A model generated the notes under the pieces. It was given only the letters and a program-made list of their open reading frames with translations, made no database searches and was not told where the DNA came from. Below are positions 45,057-58,597 of a stretch of 64,000 bases of DNA, piece after piece. Made by a program: the position numbers and the translations under genes. The DNA comes from the human T2T-CHM13v2.0 reference genome, Homo sapiens: assembly GCF_009914755.1 (NCBI RefSeq), contig NC_060928.1. One strand, 5' to 3'. How positions within the stretch are numbered: the stretch's first letter is position 1; every line of letters begins with the position of its first letter.

Positions 45057-45366
45057 CCCAATACTTCATTAATTCATTATTGACACAAAATTCTAAAAAC
45101 AAATATTCCTAAATTCTTTTTGTTTTTCCTATCCTTTAGAATTCATTGTGTTCTACCTAACATGTTTAATGTAATTTAAAACTCAGTAATTCTCAACTAA
45201 ACTTAAAATAAAAGGTAATTCTGAAGGAACCATTTAATTAGAGTAGATTGCTGCATTGGGAATTAGACCTCATTTGTAACAGATCCTACTGCAATGCTTA
45301 TCTCTTAAAGCATTACTAACATTTAAAACCACCTTAAATCATATGATGAGTATTTATCTTACTTAC

Positions 45367-45413
45367 TTAGATGTCTGAGCCTTAAAATCATAAACAGCTT
45401 TTGCAGGCAATTT
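45367..45413 (-). CDS. SORBS2: SORBS2 exon, 47 nt, start of SH3-1 (KLPAKAVYDFKAQTS-K)
   Basis: ttttcag|AAA...TCTAA|gtaagt, phase 0-2. Contains the SH3 'AVYDF' motif. Confidence 0.95.
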
Positions 45414-46844
45414 CTGAAAAGGAAGATAAACAATTAGCACTAATTTAAAATTTGAATTTTCTACAAGAAAGTAGTTTAATGTGCCTTAAAGAAAAAGGAA
45501 ACCTCAGGGAATCATCAAACATATGTAATGTTAATCCTGTAAGCAATTTATAAATAAGTCCATTCATTCTTCATTTAGATATTTAAGCTATAATAGGAAT
45601 ATAATAGAAGGCTTATTCACCATCATATTTAATCTTAGGAACTAAGGTAGATTAATGTTATAATGAGAGAATAAAATGCCTGCAGAGGTTTGCATCCTAG
45701 GCATCATTTTGGCTGTTACAAAGGCTCTTCCTAGGATAAATGTGGAGGGTCAATGGCTCTATGTTCTATGGAGATTGACACAGCTCCCTCTGAATCATAA
45801 TAAAAGGACCAGATGTCATAAAAGAAGTAATCATTCCCTTCATTAGACACTTATTAACATATTAGCAAAAAATATTAGCTCAATTATCACTGGGAGGCTG
45901 GTTAGTGGGCAAAAGTATAGGTGTGATCATCTTGCATTCCCTAGAGGGCTCAGGAATCCTTCAACACTCTGTCCACCAGCCACTCGTCTTTTAGTTGTGA
46001 TGTGATGTGACACGTGCCCATCCTCAAACTCTGGGGGCCACAGATCTCCCTGAGGTACCCTGTACCCTATAGCTAGCTAGGCCAGCTCTTCCTTCCTCAC
46101 CAACCAACAATCCCTTCACTCCATTCTTTTCCCCCATGACTCTGGTGAACTTTAGGAATCCTGGACCATTTCTAACTTCTTTGGGGATCCCACAGGCTCT
46201 GGACTACATCAGACGCCTATAAGATCCTCTGGAGCGGCTACCAGTCCAAGTCCAGCTTTTAGTTTCCATCCAGCCGTCATGGCTCCAAGGCAGTTTGAGC
46301 AAGAACTCTAGCCCCGGCTCAGGGCCCTGGACAGAGTTCAGTTGGTGGGTGGTTCCCAGGGGCAGTATCCCGAGAACTGGGCTGGTTAAAAGCTCTTTTT
46401 AGGGATCCTCTCCAATAAAAGGAAGCCAGCAAAAATGATTTCTGTAGGCTCTGTATTGATTTACAACACAGTTGACATCAGGCTTTCTCCTGGACCAGCG
46501 GGCCAAGAAATTGTAGAGGAAACCTATTGCCTCCACGAGGTGCCCTAACTCAGGACACTTTTAGGTCATAATGGTTAAGTTCATGGGCATCAGGTCAAGA
46601 CTCGGAGAAGCCTCATGGCCAAAACTGGGCCACCACTAGGGAAGACCCACAGCTAGGGTCAGGGTGTGGACTGCTTCTAGGGTCAGAGTTGCTATGCTCA
46701 GGCCCCAAGGAAAATTGTTTCTAGTTTCTCAGTATTTTCACATTTCCTGTCCGAGTTCGTTACTGGTTTGGGATAATTTTTGGCTGGTAAGTGCTGTATC
46801 AAGTGTGTTGCTGTGAAAGACTCCAATGCTATTAAATTAACTAC

Positions 46845-46933
46845 CTCTTTTTCTGGAGTTCCTCTTCTTTCCCTTGGTGCACTTCTCCCCATGTCAGTCA
46901 AAGTGGATGAGTAACTTCTAGGGGACTCGCGGT
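46845..46933 (-). CDS. SORBS2: SORBS2 exon, 89 nt, (D)[29 protein letters not shown]
   Basis: ccaatag|AC...GAG|gtagtt, phase 1-0. Confidence 0.94.
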
Positions 46934-48569
46934 CTATTGGAAAGAACAGGGCCAGTCATGGTGAGTATCCACTTAATTACAAGCCAACCTGTTCCGCCAT
47001 TTTCCCTGGTGGCCACTACTTTTTTCCCCAAATTTGGAGAGACACCGTTATCGAACACATGGGCATAAAACTCATAGTTCATTACAAAGTTGTGAAATAA
47101 GACACAAAACAAGAGCATTTCAAAAGGAAAAATATCTGAGGTTGCAGAATTATAATTGTCTATATAAATATGATTACTACATTGCTGATTAATTATATTG
47201 CCACACCCAGTAAGACAATTTATAGTTAGAGGGATTTTTCATATAAATTTTTTCCAAAGCTTTCTGTTTCTATGCCTTTGCTTCTTATTTATAATTACTA
47301 TTATAAGATTTACAGAGGATGGAGAATTTGAAAATAGCAACAATTTGTAGAAAAAGAAACATTTTGTGGAGTAATTTAAGACTGTAGTAATGAAAAAGAA
47401 AGAGATAAAACCAAAGAAAGTATGAGGATGACAGGAGGGTGGTGATGAACATTCTCCTTCTGCCTTACTCTCCCCTCTTCGCTCTTCCTCTGTTTTTAAA
47501 TACTTATTGAATCTCAAGATGCCATGCTGTTTATCTACGACCTTCCTTTGTGCCCAGATGATAAACACCTTATCAGAAAGCAAAGAAACAAAGAGATATT
47601 GTTTCTTCTTACTCCAAGCAAAAAAGGGATAAACAGAAAGCATCATGTCAGTTGCCAAATTGCTTATGCAATATTGAATTATTTTTGTTCATCTTAAAGC
47701 AAAGCATAAATAATCACATTACAAAATTTTGATTGCATGTAGTTCTTAATAGTATCTTATACCTTTTGCACTTACGTGACTTACATATGGAGATGTAACT
47801 AGACATTAAATGTATTCCAGTAGTCTATGTTATAGAATTTTATCAGTACAACTGGGTCAATATTTGTCAATTCTTTCTTTTATCCCTTAAATATATCTAG
47901 TTATCCAGACTAACAAGAAGCATTAAAAATAAAATTTATTTTATCCATCTATGAAAGAATTTAAAGTGCTGATTCATAATAAGAAAACATTGTTTTAGGA
48001 TTTTGACTACTTTGATGATGTAAATTCTAAGTTAATATACTTTTATGATCATAGGGCCTCATAATGATCATAAATTTTAAATTACTTTTTCTAACCCATG
48101 GAATATAAGCTATTTTTCACTTGGGTGAAACACAATTGGAAAGTAAATATTTTACTAAAAAACAAAATACTTTTAAATGCATTTCAAAGCCCTTCCAAGT
48201 TACGTTTCAAAAATGTACTCCTATCTGCACATAAAATTGAGAGATGGTTATATTAGGATATTAAAAGCCTGGAGAAGGTAGCTAATTTATTAAAAAATGA
48301 GATTCTGACACATTTCAATTAGTGAAAATTTTGAATTGTAGAAATTGATTTTTTAAATTCTAATTTATTATTTTGAAGCATGTTGCTTCAGCCTAAGGGT
48401 AGGCAAAGATAAACGTAAGTGTATAGTGTAGCAAAAGTGAAAGCAAACATAAAGACTAAGTAGATTTGTGCAAGTTAATTAACAATCGAGCCATATTTGA
48501 CACTAGTATGAACTGTGAATTATGTCTTTTTTTTTGTCTGAGATTATATTTTATACTATAAATTCTGAA

Positions 48570-48760
48570 TTATTAGGGGTTTGAATCTCTTTTCTGTTAT
48601 CTACTCTCTGTGTGACCTTGGACGAATTTCCTTTCCTCTCTGGGCCCAACTTCCAAAATTGAAAATGGCTTTTGAAATAACACCCATTTCATAGGCCTAT
48701 GCCAGTTTTATTAGATAATGTATGTAAAGCACTCTGTAGTGTCTGGTGCATAGAAGTTTC
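48570..48760 (+). mobile_element. MIR fragment
   Basis: 'tgtgtgaccttggacgaatttcctttcctctctgggcc...ataatgtatgtaaagcactctgtagtgtctggtgcatag'. Confidence 0.65.
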
Positions 48761-49695
48761 TCTGTTGACCAACTTTCAGCCCGGAATGTTCATTCCAGCC
48801 TCTTAAAATTTACGTAGTGAACAGATGTGCTGTAAGAATTAATGAAAATAATTGGTCACAAATATTAAAACACCCTGGGCTGTAAGTTATATAAATCTCA
48901 AAAATAGTCCTCTGCCTTTCAATTGCTATTTATTCTTGTGTTGCCACTTCAAAGTTATCTATGAAAATAGAGTTTAGAGTCACTGTTAGCCTGAATAGTG
49001 TAATTCAAATTTCAATACAGGACTGTTTTAGCAGAAAGAGAAAGTGAATGAATTAAGTAATGGAAAAGAGAAAATGAATACACTAAATGGTGGAAATGGG
49101 ACTTTTATATATATAGCTTAAAGATACATTCACAAAAATTTTATCACCATTGTGTCCTTGAAATGGAGAAAGCTATTAAACAAACCCTAATTTCTTTGTG
49201 TCCATCAATTACTAATCACATATTTCAGTTTTGCTTCTTGAATGTTTTGATATAGTATCTTCTATATAGAATGTGACAAATTATTTATTAACTGAATGAA
49301 TATAAAGTTTTAACGTTAATATAAACATTTTTAAAAGGCTATTTGTGGAACTATAGGTTTTGATTCATGTCACAACGTAATTTATTGTCTCAATGTGAGT
49401 AGTGGTTGTTTCAACCCTAATGCTGAGCTACAAAATGGCCTTCCCTCTCGTTTTCGAAAGAGTAAATTTTTGTGAATTGATGATCACTTTAAGCCACACA
49501 TCAAGTCCAAATATCACATGGGCAAATGAGAAATATTCAGTAAGACATATTTGCACAACAAGTTTTTGCTTCACAACACATAACGACGCCAAATGGTCTC
49601 CCAGCTCGGGAGTGATGAGATGTTGGAATGGAAAATGAAAGAGCTGGAGGGTGGGTCTCTGAACCACAAGGAAAAAGAAAGAAAAGCTCATCCAC

Positions 49696-51276
49696 CTTGG
49701 AGTGCACCGCCACGGTCTTGGTGGTGGCAGCTGCTGTTGGCTGTGTCCACGTCTTGGAAAGAGGCACTGCGGGGCATTCTCCCGCAGTCATTCTGGTAGG
49801 GTGGACAATGAATAGCACCATCGGGAGGCAGTGGGTGGAGAGGCTGGTGCAGGGGGCTCCTCCTCAGCGCTCTCAGGGATGAGTTCCTCTCGGGAACATC
49901 TGGCAGCAGCTCACTGATGAGGCGGTGCAGGATGCTGTTGTCCGGCAAGCTCCCCCTTTTCTTTTCAGCTTTAATTTGGTCACAGATGTCTTTAAGGGCA
50001 GAGTCCAGAGCCTCAAACACAGATGCTTTACATTTTGCCTTTTCAGTCTGTTTCTTAGGAGCCGAATTTTTTTTCCTCCGGAAAGGCACAGGACTGACTA
50101 GAAAAGCAAGTTTAGAAAGGCCAGGGTCCATTTCTTGCCTTCTGGGCTCCTCGGTGTTTTCGTGTCTGGCTCTTTCGTGTTTTAACATTGTGGTAAATCG
50201 AGTGTAGGAGGCCGGGCACCTGCCTTTGCAGGAGCTGATGAGGTGGCGGTGGTGGTGGTGGTGGTGATGGTGGTGGTGGTGGCTGGATCCGTAAAAGCTT
50301 TCGGAGGATGTGAAGGAAAAGTGATCAAAGTCACTTTCACTGCAGAAGGATGACCCCTCTAGGTGAATGTAGTCACTGTGGTCGGACACAACCCCGTCCT
50401 GGTCGCTGTCGGAAAACTCCACGTGTGCTCGGGGCTGCTCATCGCTGGTGACTTCAATGTGAATGGGCACCAGGGCGTTAGACTGGCAGCCTCGCCGGCC
50501 CCGAGCCGGGGGGCCGCTTTGATTTTCTTCCTCCAGCAAATACTCAATGGAAAACCGCCTCTTGGGACATAGGCCATTTTGCGGTGGTTCTAGGGTTACG
50601 GGAGACAGCATGTCATCCCCTAAATTTGGCATGGATTTGGACTTCTGGATCAGCTTTTCGAATTCGGAGATGCGTGTGGGCACCATGTCCCGGGGCACCT
50701 CCTCCGTGGAGCACTGGCTCCAGGCGCGCAGCAGGTCCTTGTGCTGCTGCTCGCTCTCGTACTGCAGAATCCTGGACTTCACGGAGCAGATCACCTCGGA
50801 GTTCATCAGGTCCTTGCGGTTGATGCGGTGCATTTTCTTGTACATCTTCAGGAACCCCGGGGCGTTGCGGGCTGACCTGTGTCTGATCCTTGATCTGCCG
50901 TTACTGCGAACCTCCGGGACGTAGGGGGACCCCCACGCCATGGGGCAGCTCTCCTTGGAGTCCTCCTCACATAACAGGGAGCCCATGCTTTCCGACTTGA
51001 CTTTCGGGTCCGGGAAGCTATCGCAGTCGTCGTTTAGGAGATCGTCACAGCTCCGGGATTTGATTTTGGGAGAGACGGTTTCTTCCGTGCTGCTCCAGAT
51101 TTCTGCGTTTTGCCGGGCCATTTGCCAGCCGTTCTTGAAACTAATGGCTCTTGGTGAGTCCCGAGGGACATCCAAGTGCTGTCTGTAAGTGCTACAGTAA
51201 TCTAACTCACTGGAGGGGTTGCCGTTGAGCCCTGAGTAACTGCAAAGGGATGGACATATTTTGCTATCATCCCCAC
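49696..51276 (-). CDS. SORBS2: SORBS2 large symmetric cassette exon (nArgBP2-type), 1581 nt / 527 codons, containing a His11 tract
   Basis: ttaaaag|GTGGGGAT...CTCCAAG|gtggat, phase 1-1. Lies within the 579-aa ORF 49688..51427. Confidence 0.93.
50249..50281 (-). repeat. Coding (CAC)4 CAT (CAC)6 trinucleotide repeat encoding His11
   Basis: Read directly from the sequence; in frame with the large exon. Confidence 0.95.
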
Positions 51277-53612
51277 CTTTTAATCCAGAGCAGCGTGGTA
51301 GAAGAGAGACATTTGGAGAAGTTAAAAGGTTCACAAAGAGAGGAGAGCATGTCAGTAAAGCATCAGACAGCATAGCAAGGAGAAAGCAGTTAGTGTGTTT
51401 TAATCTAGGTGCTGATTGTTCACACATGGAGCTTCAACTCTAGAGAAGAAGGTCTAATTCTAAAGCGAGCTAATACTTTTTCAGTGAATGTAGCTTTGCA
51501 GAGAGAGTTGACAAAACTGTGTATAAGAAGCAACCGACGTAAGCAAATACACCTACTCCTACTGCATAATTCATACACCTTTCTGACAATATTGTTTGCC
51601 AAAACACAATAGTGCTGCTTCAGCTGATAGCATGATCTGGTAGTGAAGGTTTAACAATTAGTGTCAAAAGTGTTATACCCTTACGCAATTTAATAGGGCC
51701 GGAATTTGAGCCTCATTTGATTCGTAATGATACATAGGTGAAGAAGGGTTTATACATTTACATCGAATTAATACTCTCATGACTATATCAAATAATTTTT
51801 TGTGGGTTTTAGATTTTAAAAGCTATAAGGCAAAGTATTCTCCAAAATTGCAAAATCAAAATGCTGTGAACTATTGCTGCTAACATTTTTCTAGAAAAAA
51901 ATAGCTAAAGCTCTTTAAACAAACGAATTTACCTCTTAAATTGCTCTACCTTTAACCTCTTATTAGGTACAAAATTCTCATAGGAAAACTGAATATAATG
52001 CAAAACTTTCATCAGAGGTGCATATACCATGCTTTTTTTCTCGGAAGAGTTCTTTGAAAAATCATTTGCAATTTGATAATAGAGATCTACATTTGGCCTC
52101 AATTTTGAATAGCTATGGAAATGTTCTTTTGCTTTGCTGAGTCAACTAATAAATGAGGAGCCAAATTATATCTAATAGGACATTTTCTTCCTAGAAATAA
52201 AATCTAATGGAGGAAAATATCTCTATTCAATACTTATACCTTACAATGTTCTCTAAATTCTTTAAAAGTAGATAAGCACATTAGGTAGATCTGTACTGTC
52301 TGGGAAAGGAAGTTGATTTAACATTCCCTGTGATGAAACAAATATCTACATTTATCAGAACCCTTTTAACTTTTGGCTAGTATCCAAGAATAATAGGTCA
52401 ATGGCATTTCATGACCTACTTGTTACTTAAGATATTCATTTGAATAAGTGAGTTGAATCTGATAAGGCATCTCTGCTCCTCAGAGGAAAGATGTGATGGA
52501 TGGGGCTCACACGCCCTGAACCATCAGCTGATATCACAGCTTTACAAGGCCTTAAAAGGGCTAGGCATCCACCTACTCAGAGTCCAATCATCACGACCAG
52601 AATACCTTTTGCACACAAATCAGCTACCACTTTTAACTACCATGTGGCAATGGTTTTAGTGACTATAGTTGATAGGTGTAGCTGAATTGGTCTGGTTTTA
52701 TAGAAACTTACATTAGAGCTCAATTTCTTTACACATTTCAAAATCTCTTTCTCTTCTCTTTCAATCCCAAGATATTAGAGGAGATTGTGGGGTCCCACAT
52801 TTGGTAGAGCCCTAGCTCCCTGTAGGGGCTGGTTCAATCCTCACTCTCCATCTCAGAAATATTCCTGTCCTCAAGGAATACCACTAAATGGTCTTCCAGA
52901 AACCAGAAGGAGTGACTTCTTTCAACAGTGAGCTCCCTACACTTGCAGAGAGGAGACGGGCCATCCAGAAAAAAAGGCTTGGTGATTCCTCAGTGATATC
53001 ATTATGGTTTGGGACCAATTAGTCCTGACTGTGAGCTGCTGTGAATTGACCACTGTGTTACATGGCAGGAGGTGGATGCTCCACTGTTCATGTGAAGGTG
53101 GCCCAAAATATACAGCAAATGGCTAAAGAAATTAATAGGTCGGATTTTTTTAAAATCTAGAATTGAATAATTTTTTAAAACCCTCCAAACCAATGTATAT
53201 TTTAGCCAACAATTTGCTCTGTTGCTGCTTGTAATTTTTATCCTATAAATTTGACTAATTTGCTAGTTGTAGAAACATTAGAAAATTTTGACTATATGTC
53301 AATGTTTACAAAATACATCTTTTAGTAGCCTGATGATACATTATTTGATACTTTCAATTTGTTTAGAAAGGGATCTATTTGGGGGAAAAAAGCATTAGCA
53401 GATGCTAGTCAGAGTTCTTTAAGCAACCTAAGTGGCTCGCCAGCTTGAGTCAGTCTGGGTGGGAAGAAGGCTATTGTTCTAAAACTATATTTTATTCCAG
53501 ACACTGTAGGTGAGAGCTGGCACATGCCACTATCACTGGGCCAGCTTTCACACAGTGCTCTAGGCTAAAACGTAAACTAGTAAATTGTTGTGTTTTCATT
53601 TACTATGCTCAC

Positions 53613-53800
53613 CTTTTGCTCTTGATGGGGAAGAAGGAGAAGAGCTAGTGAAAGACTTTGTAAGAGTGGTGCTTGATCCTGGGAGGTCCACTCGGCCTGG
53701 GCTAGTCCTGCTCGCACTTTGATCTCCCAAGCCCCGTGGTGGACCCACTGCAGGCTCGCTCTTCCTCCGCTTCCTGAAGTCACTGGCCATGCTTGCAGAA
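53613..53800 (-). CDS. SORBS2: SORBS2 exon, 188 nt, (S)[16 protein letters not shown]...SPSRAK(G)
   Basis: ctttcag|T...AAAG|gtgagc, phase 2-1. Lies within ORF 53596..53856. Confidence 0.95.
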
Positions 53801-53990
53801 CTGAAAGAAGGAATCAGATCTGTTTGATTGGCACTGGAGGAGGTTCGGGTGTGCACCAGAAAAACCGGTGGAACGTGCTAGTGACAATGGCGTAACTCCT
53901 AAACCTCTATCCCCAAAACTGCATTGCTAGGAACTCATCCCTTGATGTTCAACATGATTTCTCTAGAAGGATCTTTTAAAAAATGAATAG

Positions 53991-54297
<307 letters not shown>

Positions 54298-54299
54298 CA

Positions 54300-54962
54300 A
54301 CTAAATTTTTTTAGGGCAGTTTTAGGCTTACAGAAATAATGACTGGAAAGTGTAGAGAGTTTCCTTATAGTCCCTTTCCTCTTGCACAGTTTCCCTTATC
54401 ATTTACATATTCTTTTGGTGGGTACATTGTCACAATTGATGAATCTTTCCTGATGCGTCGTCACCCCAAGTCCATAGTTTACATTTGAGTTCATGTTTTG
54501 TCTTAAACATTTTAGGGGTTTTGAGAAATGTATAATGATGTGTGTCCATCATTAATGTGTCAATCATATAAAATAGTCTTCCCGCCATAAAAAGCTTCTG
54601 TCCTCCAGCTTTTCATCCCTCCCTTCCTCCCGCTCATCCTGGCACCCATTGATCTTTCCACACGGCCTCCACAGTTTCGCCTTTTCACCATGCCCAGTTG
54701 ATATCATGCAGAATGTGGCCTCTCAGGTTGGCTTCCTGCACTCGGTGATACACTTTTAAGGCTCCTCCATGTGTTTTTTGTCACTTGATAGCTCATTTCT
54801 TTGTATTGCTGAGTCACATTCTATTATTACATGGATGCGCCACAGTTTATGTATCCATTCACCTATTGAAGGACATCTTGGTTGCTTCCAACTTCTAGCA
54901 ATTATAAATAATGCTCCTAAGAAAACCACCTGCTGGTTTTTGTGTGAACCTAAGTTTTTAAA
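54300..54962 (-). mobile_element. Old L1 (L1MB/MC-type) 3' fragment
   Basis: 'gatagctcatttctttgtattgctgagtcacattctattattacatggatgcgccacagtttatgtatccattcacctattgaaggacatcttggttgcttcca'. The reverse frame gives an L1 ORF2 C-terminal-like peptide (IIARSWKQPRCPSIGEWIHKLW). Confidence 0.8.
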
Positions 54963-55237
54963 CATCTTTGAACGTCAAAATTCTCCTATAGTGTAATATG
55001 TTGATTGAGAATTCAGTGCTATAATTTGTATCTTGTATCTTTTCTCTATAAAGCGGAGTTCTAACAACATGAATATATCCAGAGGGGCATACCAAATACA
55101 GGAAATAACTGAAAAAAAAAAAGACATCAAGAGAGGAAAATCTCTCTCACCTCAAGGGTTGCCTGCAGCTTGTCCTATCATCTCTATCATCTTAGCTTTA
55201 GAAGATGTTATATTGGAATTCCAACATTTTTTATTTA

Positions 55238-55537
<300 letters not shown>

Positions 55538-56340
55538 TCAATCAATCAGTACCAGTAATCTGGTCAGCAAATTAACTATTAAAGATTCCTTCCCCTCAGT
55601 TGCATAAAATACTGTCAATAGTCTAGAACAGCAGGGAGTTTCTGTCATGGTTTTGAGTTTGAGTACAGTATCATTTAAGACCAATGTTAATGAATGAAGC
55701 CACATATGGCACAGCACACTGTGCATGAAATCACTGGATTCTTAGACAAGACTTGTGTAGACAACAGTGATAATAGCAACAGCAGCAACCCCAGCTCCTA
55801 TGGAGCCCAGCAGAATGCTATGTGCTTTCTTTATGTTTTTGTCTTATTTAGCCCACACAGCAAACCGATGAGGTATATGCTGTTATCTCAGTTTTACAAA
55901 TGGTAAAGTGAATACATGTGTCTGGGATGTACGGAAGCAAGCGGAGAGGCAGACCTCAGAACTGGTTTGTCCTCTTCTGAAGAGGATGCATCTCCTAGAC
56001 CTGTTTTTGCTGGGACTGTCCTGTCATGTGAGGGTCTGTGTGTCTTTACGGCAATCTGTAGATTAGATTAAAACTCTAAAATTCAAATATTTTAGGTGCA
56101 TAGATAGAGGCAGAAGATAAAAAGGAGGGGTTCCAGAGTTCCTTTCTCAGGGATGTTATTGCAGTTGGATGGCACTCAGAAACCCAATTTATGATTGACC
56201 CAATTCACAAAGAAATCTACATAGAAGGGTAAATTAATGCTACTAGATAAATATTTGTTATTGATGTTACAATATGGCTGGGAGTTTGTATTATTCAATA
56301 TTACTATTGAACTATGTCTGAATATGTCTGAATTTTGTGA

Positions 56341-56639
56341 TTTGTTTTTTTTTTTTTTTTTAGACTGAGTATTGCTGTGTTGCCAGGCTGGAGTGCAGTG
56401 GTGCAATCTCGACTCACTGCAACCTCCACCCTCCCAGGCTCAAGCGATTCTTCTGCCTCAGCCTCCTGAATAGCTGTGACTAGAGGGGCATGCCACCATG
56501 TCTAGCTAATTTTTGTAGTTTTAGTAGTGATGGGGTTTCACCATGATGGCCAGGATGGTCTCAATCTCTTGACCTCATGATCTTCCCCCCTCAGCCTCCC
56601 AACTGCTGGGATTACAGGCATGAGCCACCGTGCCTGGCC
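56341..56639 (-). mobile_element. Alu, full length
   Basis: Alu consensus with TSD tgaattttgt. Confidence 0.93.
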
Positions 56640-57328
56640 ATGAATTTTGTAATATTTTTTAAAAAGTGTGATATTTAAAGCTAATGGAACTTACTTCAGG
56701 CGAACTCTGAGGGAAGTTAGGCCTAGCGGTGACAAGCTATCTTGCCTCAATTTCTTTTTTTTCTCTCTCCTTGCCAACTGTGTAAACTTGGTAAGTTACT
56801 AAGCCTAGGTGTCACTTTCCTCAGAGATAAAGTGGGGACAATAGTATTTAACCATAGTGTTTTCTTAGGATTGAATATGTTTTGTACTTATGCCTCATTT
56901 ATTGGTAGTATTAATAACAGTATTTCTGATTTGTGTGGTCAAAGTATGATTAACAAATACGTGTATAACACTTTTTAATCTATAATTTTTTTCAAATATA
57001 TTATTATAAGGGCCATTTAACAACATTGAAAATTAGTTACTTATAATTCCCATCTAAAGAAAAGAAAACTGGGTATAGGGGACTAAGGGAAGAGAAGGAT
57101 TTCTCAGTCTGTGAAGGAATTTATAATTAGTTCACTAATTTTTTAGAAATTCTTGAAATGATCATATAAAATGATGCTGAAACAAAATAAAACAACTTCA
57201 TGAGGCATGGTACTTCAAATAAAAATGAGTGATACATGATACTCATTACTACTTCACTGAATAATTTTATTGTTGAAAAAGAAACCACTGGTATAGAATA
57301 TTCTGCTACAACATAATAAGATTCTTAC

Positions 57329-57378
57329 CTCATGGGTCTTTCCAGGCTTCTGTCTATAGAGGACTGATACAAGGAGGC
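57329..57378 (-). CDS. SORBS2: SORBS2 exon, 50 nt, ASLYQSSIDRSLERPM(S)
   Basis: ttaacag|GCC...ATGAG|gtaaga, phase 0-2. Confidence 0.93.
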
Positions 57379-58260
57379 CTGTTAAGATAGGATAATAGTA
57401 CCATGAAAAATTTTACCGTGGCAAAATTTTGTTCACTTGTCAACATTAAATTAGGTATCCTAAAAAGAATATTATAAAAATTGAGGTTGAAAGTACCATT
57501 CATTATGACTATAAAAATGTCTTCCCAAAGAGAGATCATGCGACCTGATTTCTACTTGGGACCTATCTGCTTTCCCTTCTGATATAATGCATTGCAGTTC
57601 TCTGTGTAGCTCAAATTATCCACAACCCAAGCATTGCATGGGGGGAAATTAATAATATTTTCTCAGGGACACTGAAATAAGAGCTAAAGTTATCCTACAG
57701 CCTGAACTGCAGAATCTTACCTGTTGACTGTAAATAGAAATTTCCTACAGAAAGGAATGGTTTGATGTTTTAAAAAATTTGTAGTCATCATTCAATCCTT
57801 ATAAAACATCACATTTTAAAGTTTTTGTTATTGTTGTTACCAAGTATTGTCTTCAGAATGTAACACATAAGCAGAACTTAAGACACCATTCATCTGTCAA
57901 CATAGACATGACGTTTAAATAAAACCCACAGAGTTTGACTTGAAGAAACTAAATAAAGTACCTGGTACTTCAATCAGGTAAATAGTTATACTTTTACAAT
58001 TAGGTGAGTTCAGGGCTAGTTTAAAATAAATGAGCTAATGAAGCAAAATATAACTTTTTTAAAGTGCGCTTTTAAATTTTTCCTTCATTCTGAATAATAC
58101 ACTGAAATAGATAGTAAGCAAAAATGATAATATGAATTTTTTATTTTCCATGGCATCTGCTGGGATAATTGCTAAAATATCTAAAAGGCAAGAGAGGACA
58201 CTGAGCTATCAAGTGTTTGAGGTGACACTGTGGTATGATGTCCAGAAAGCACAGGGAGAT

Positions 58261-58597
<337 letters not shown>

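Noticed and set aside
49917-51188. Plus-strand ORFs antisense to the large exon (likewise 33823..34176)
   Set aside because: Shadow ORFs of GC-rich coding sequence.
51277-51427. N-terminal ORF extension [10 protein letters not shown]... as an internal start
   Set aside because: It is the AG-free, pyrimidine-rich acceptor region, which is depleted of stops for that reason. No promoter evidence.
56695-56706. 12-nt in-frame microexon pattern cag|AGTTCGCCTGAA|gtaagt
   Set aside because: The branch-like CTAAC is too close to the AG, the tract is short, and a competing AG lies just upstream.
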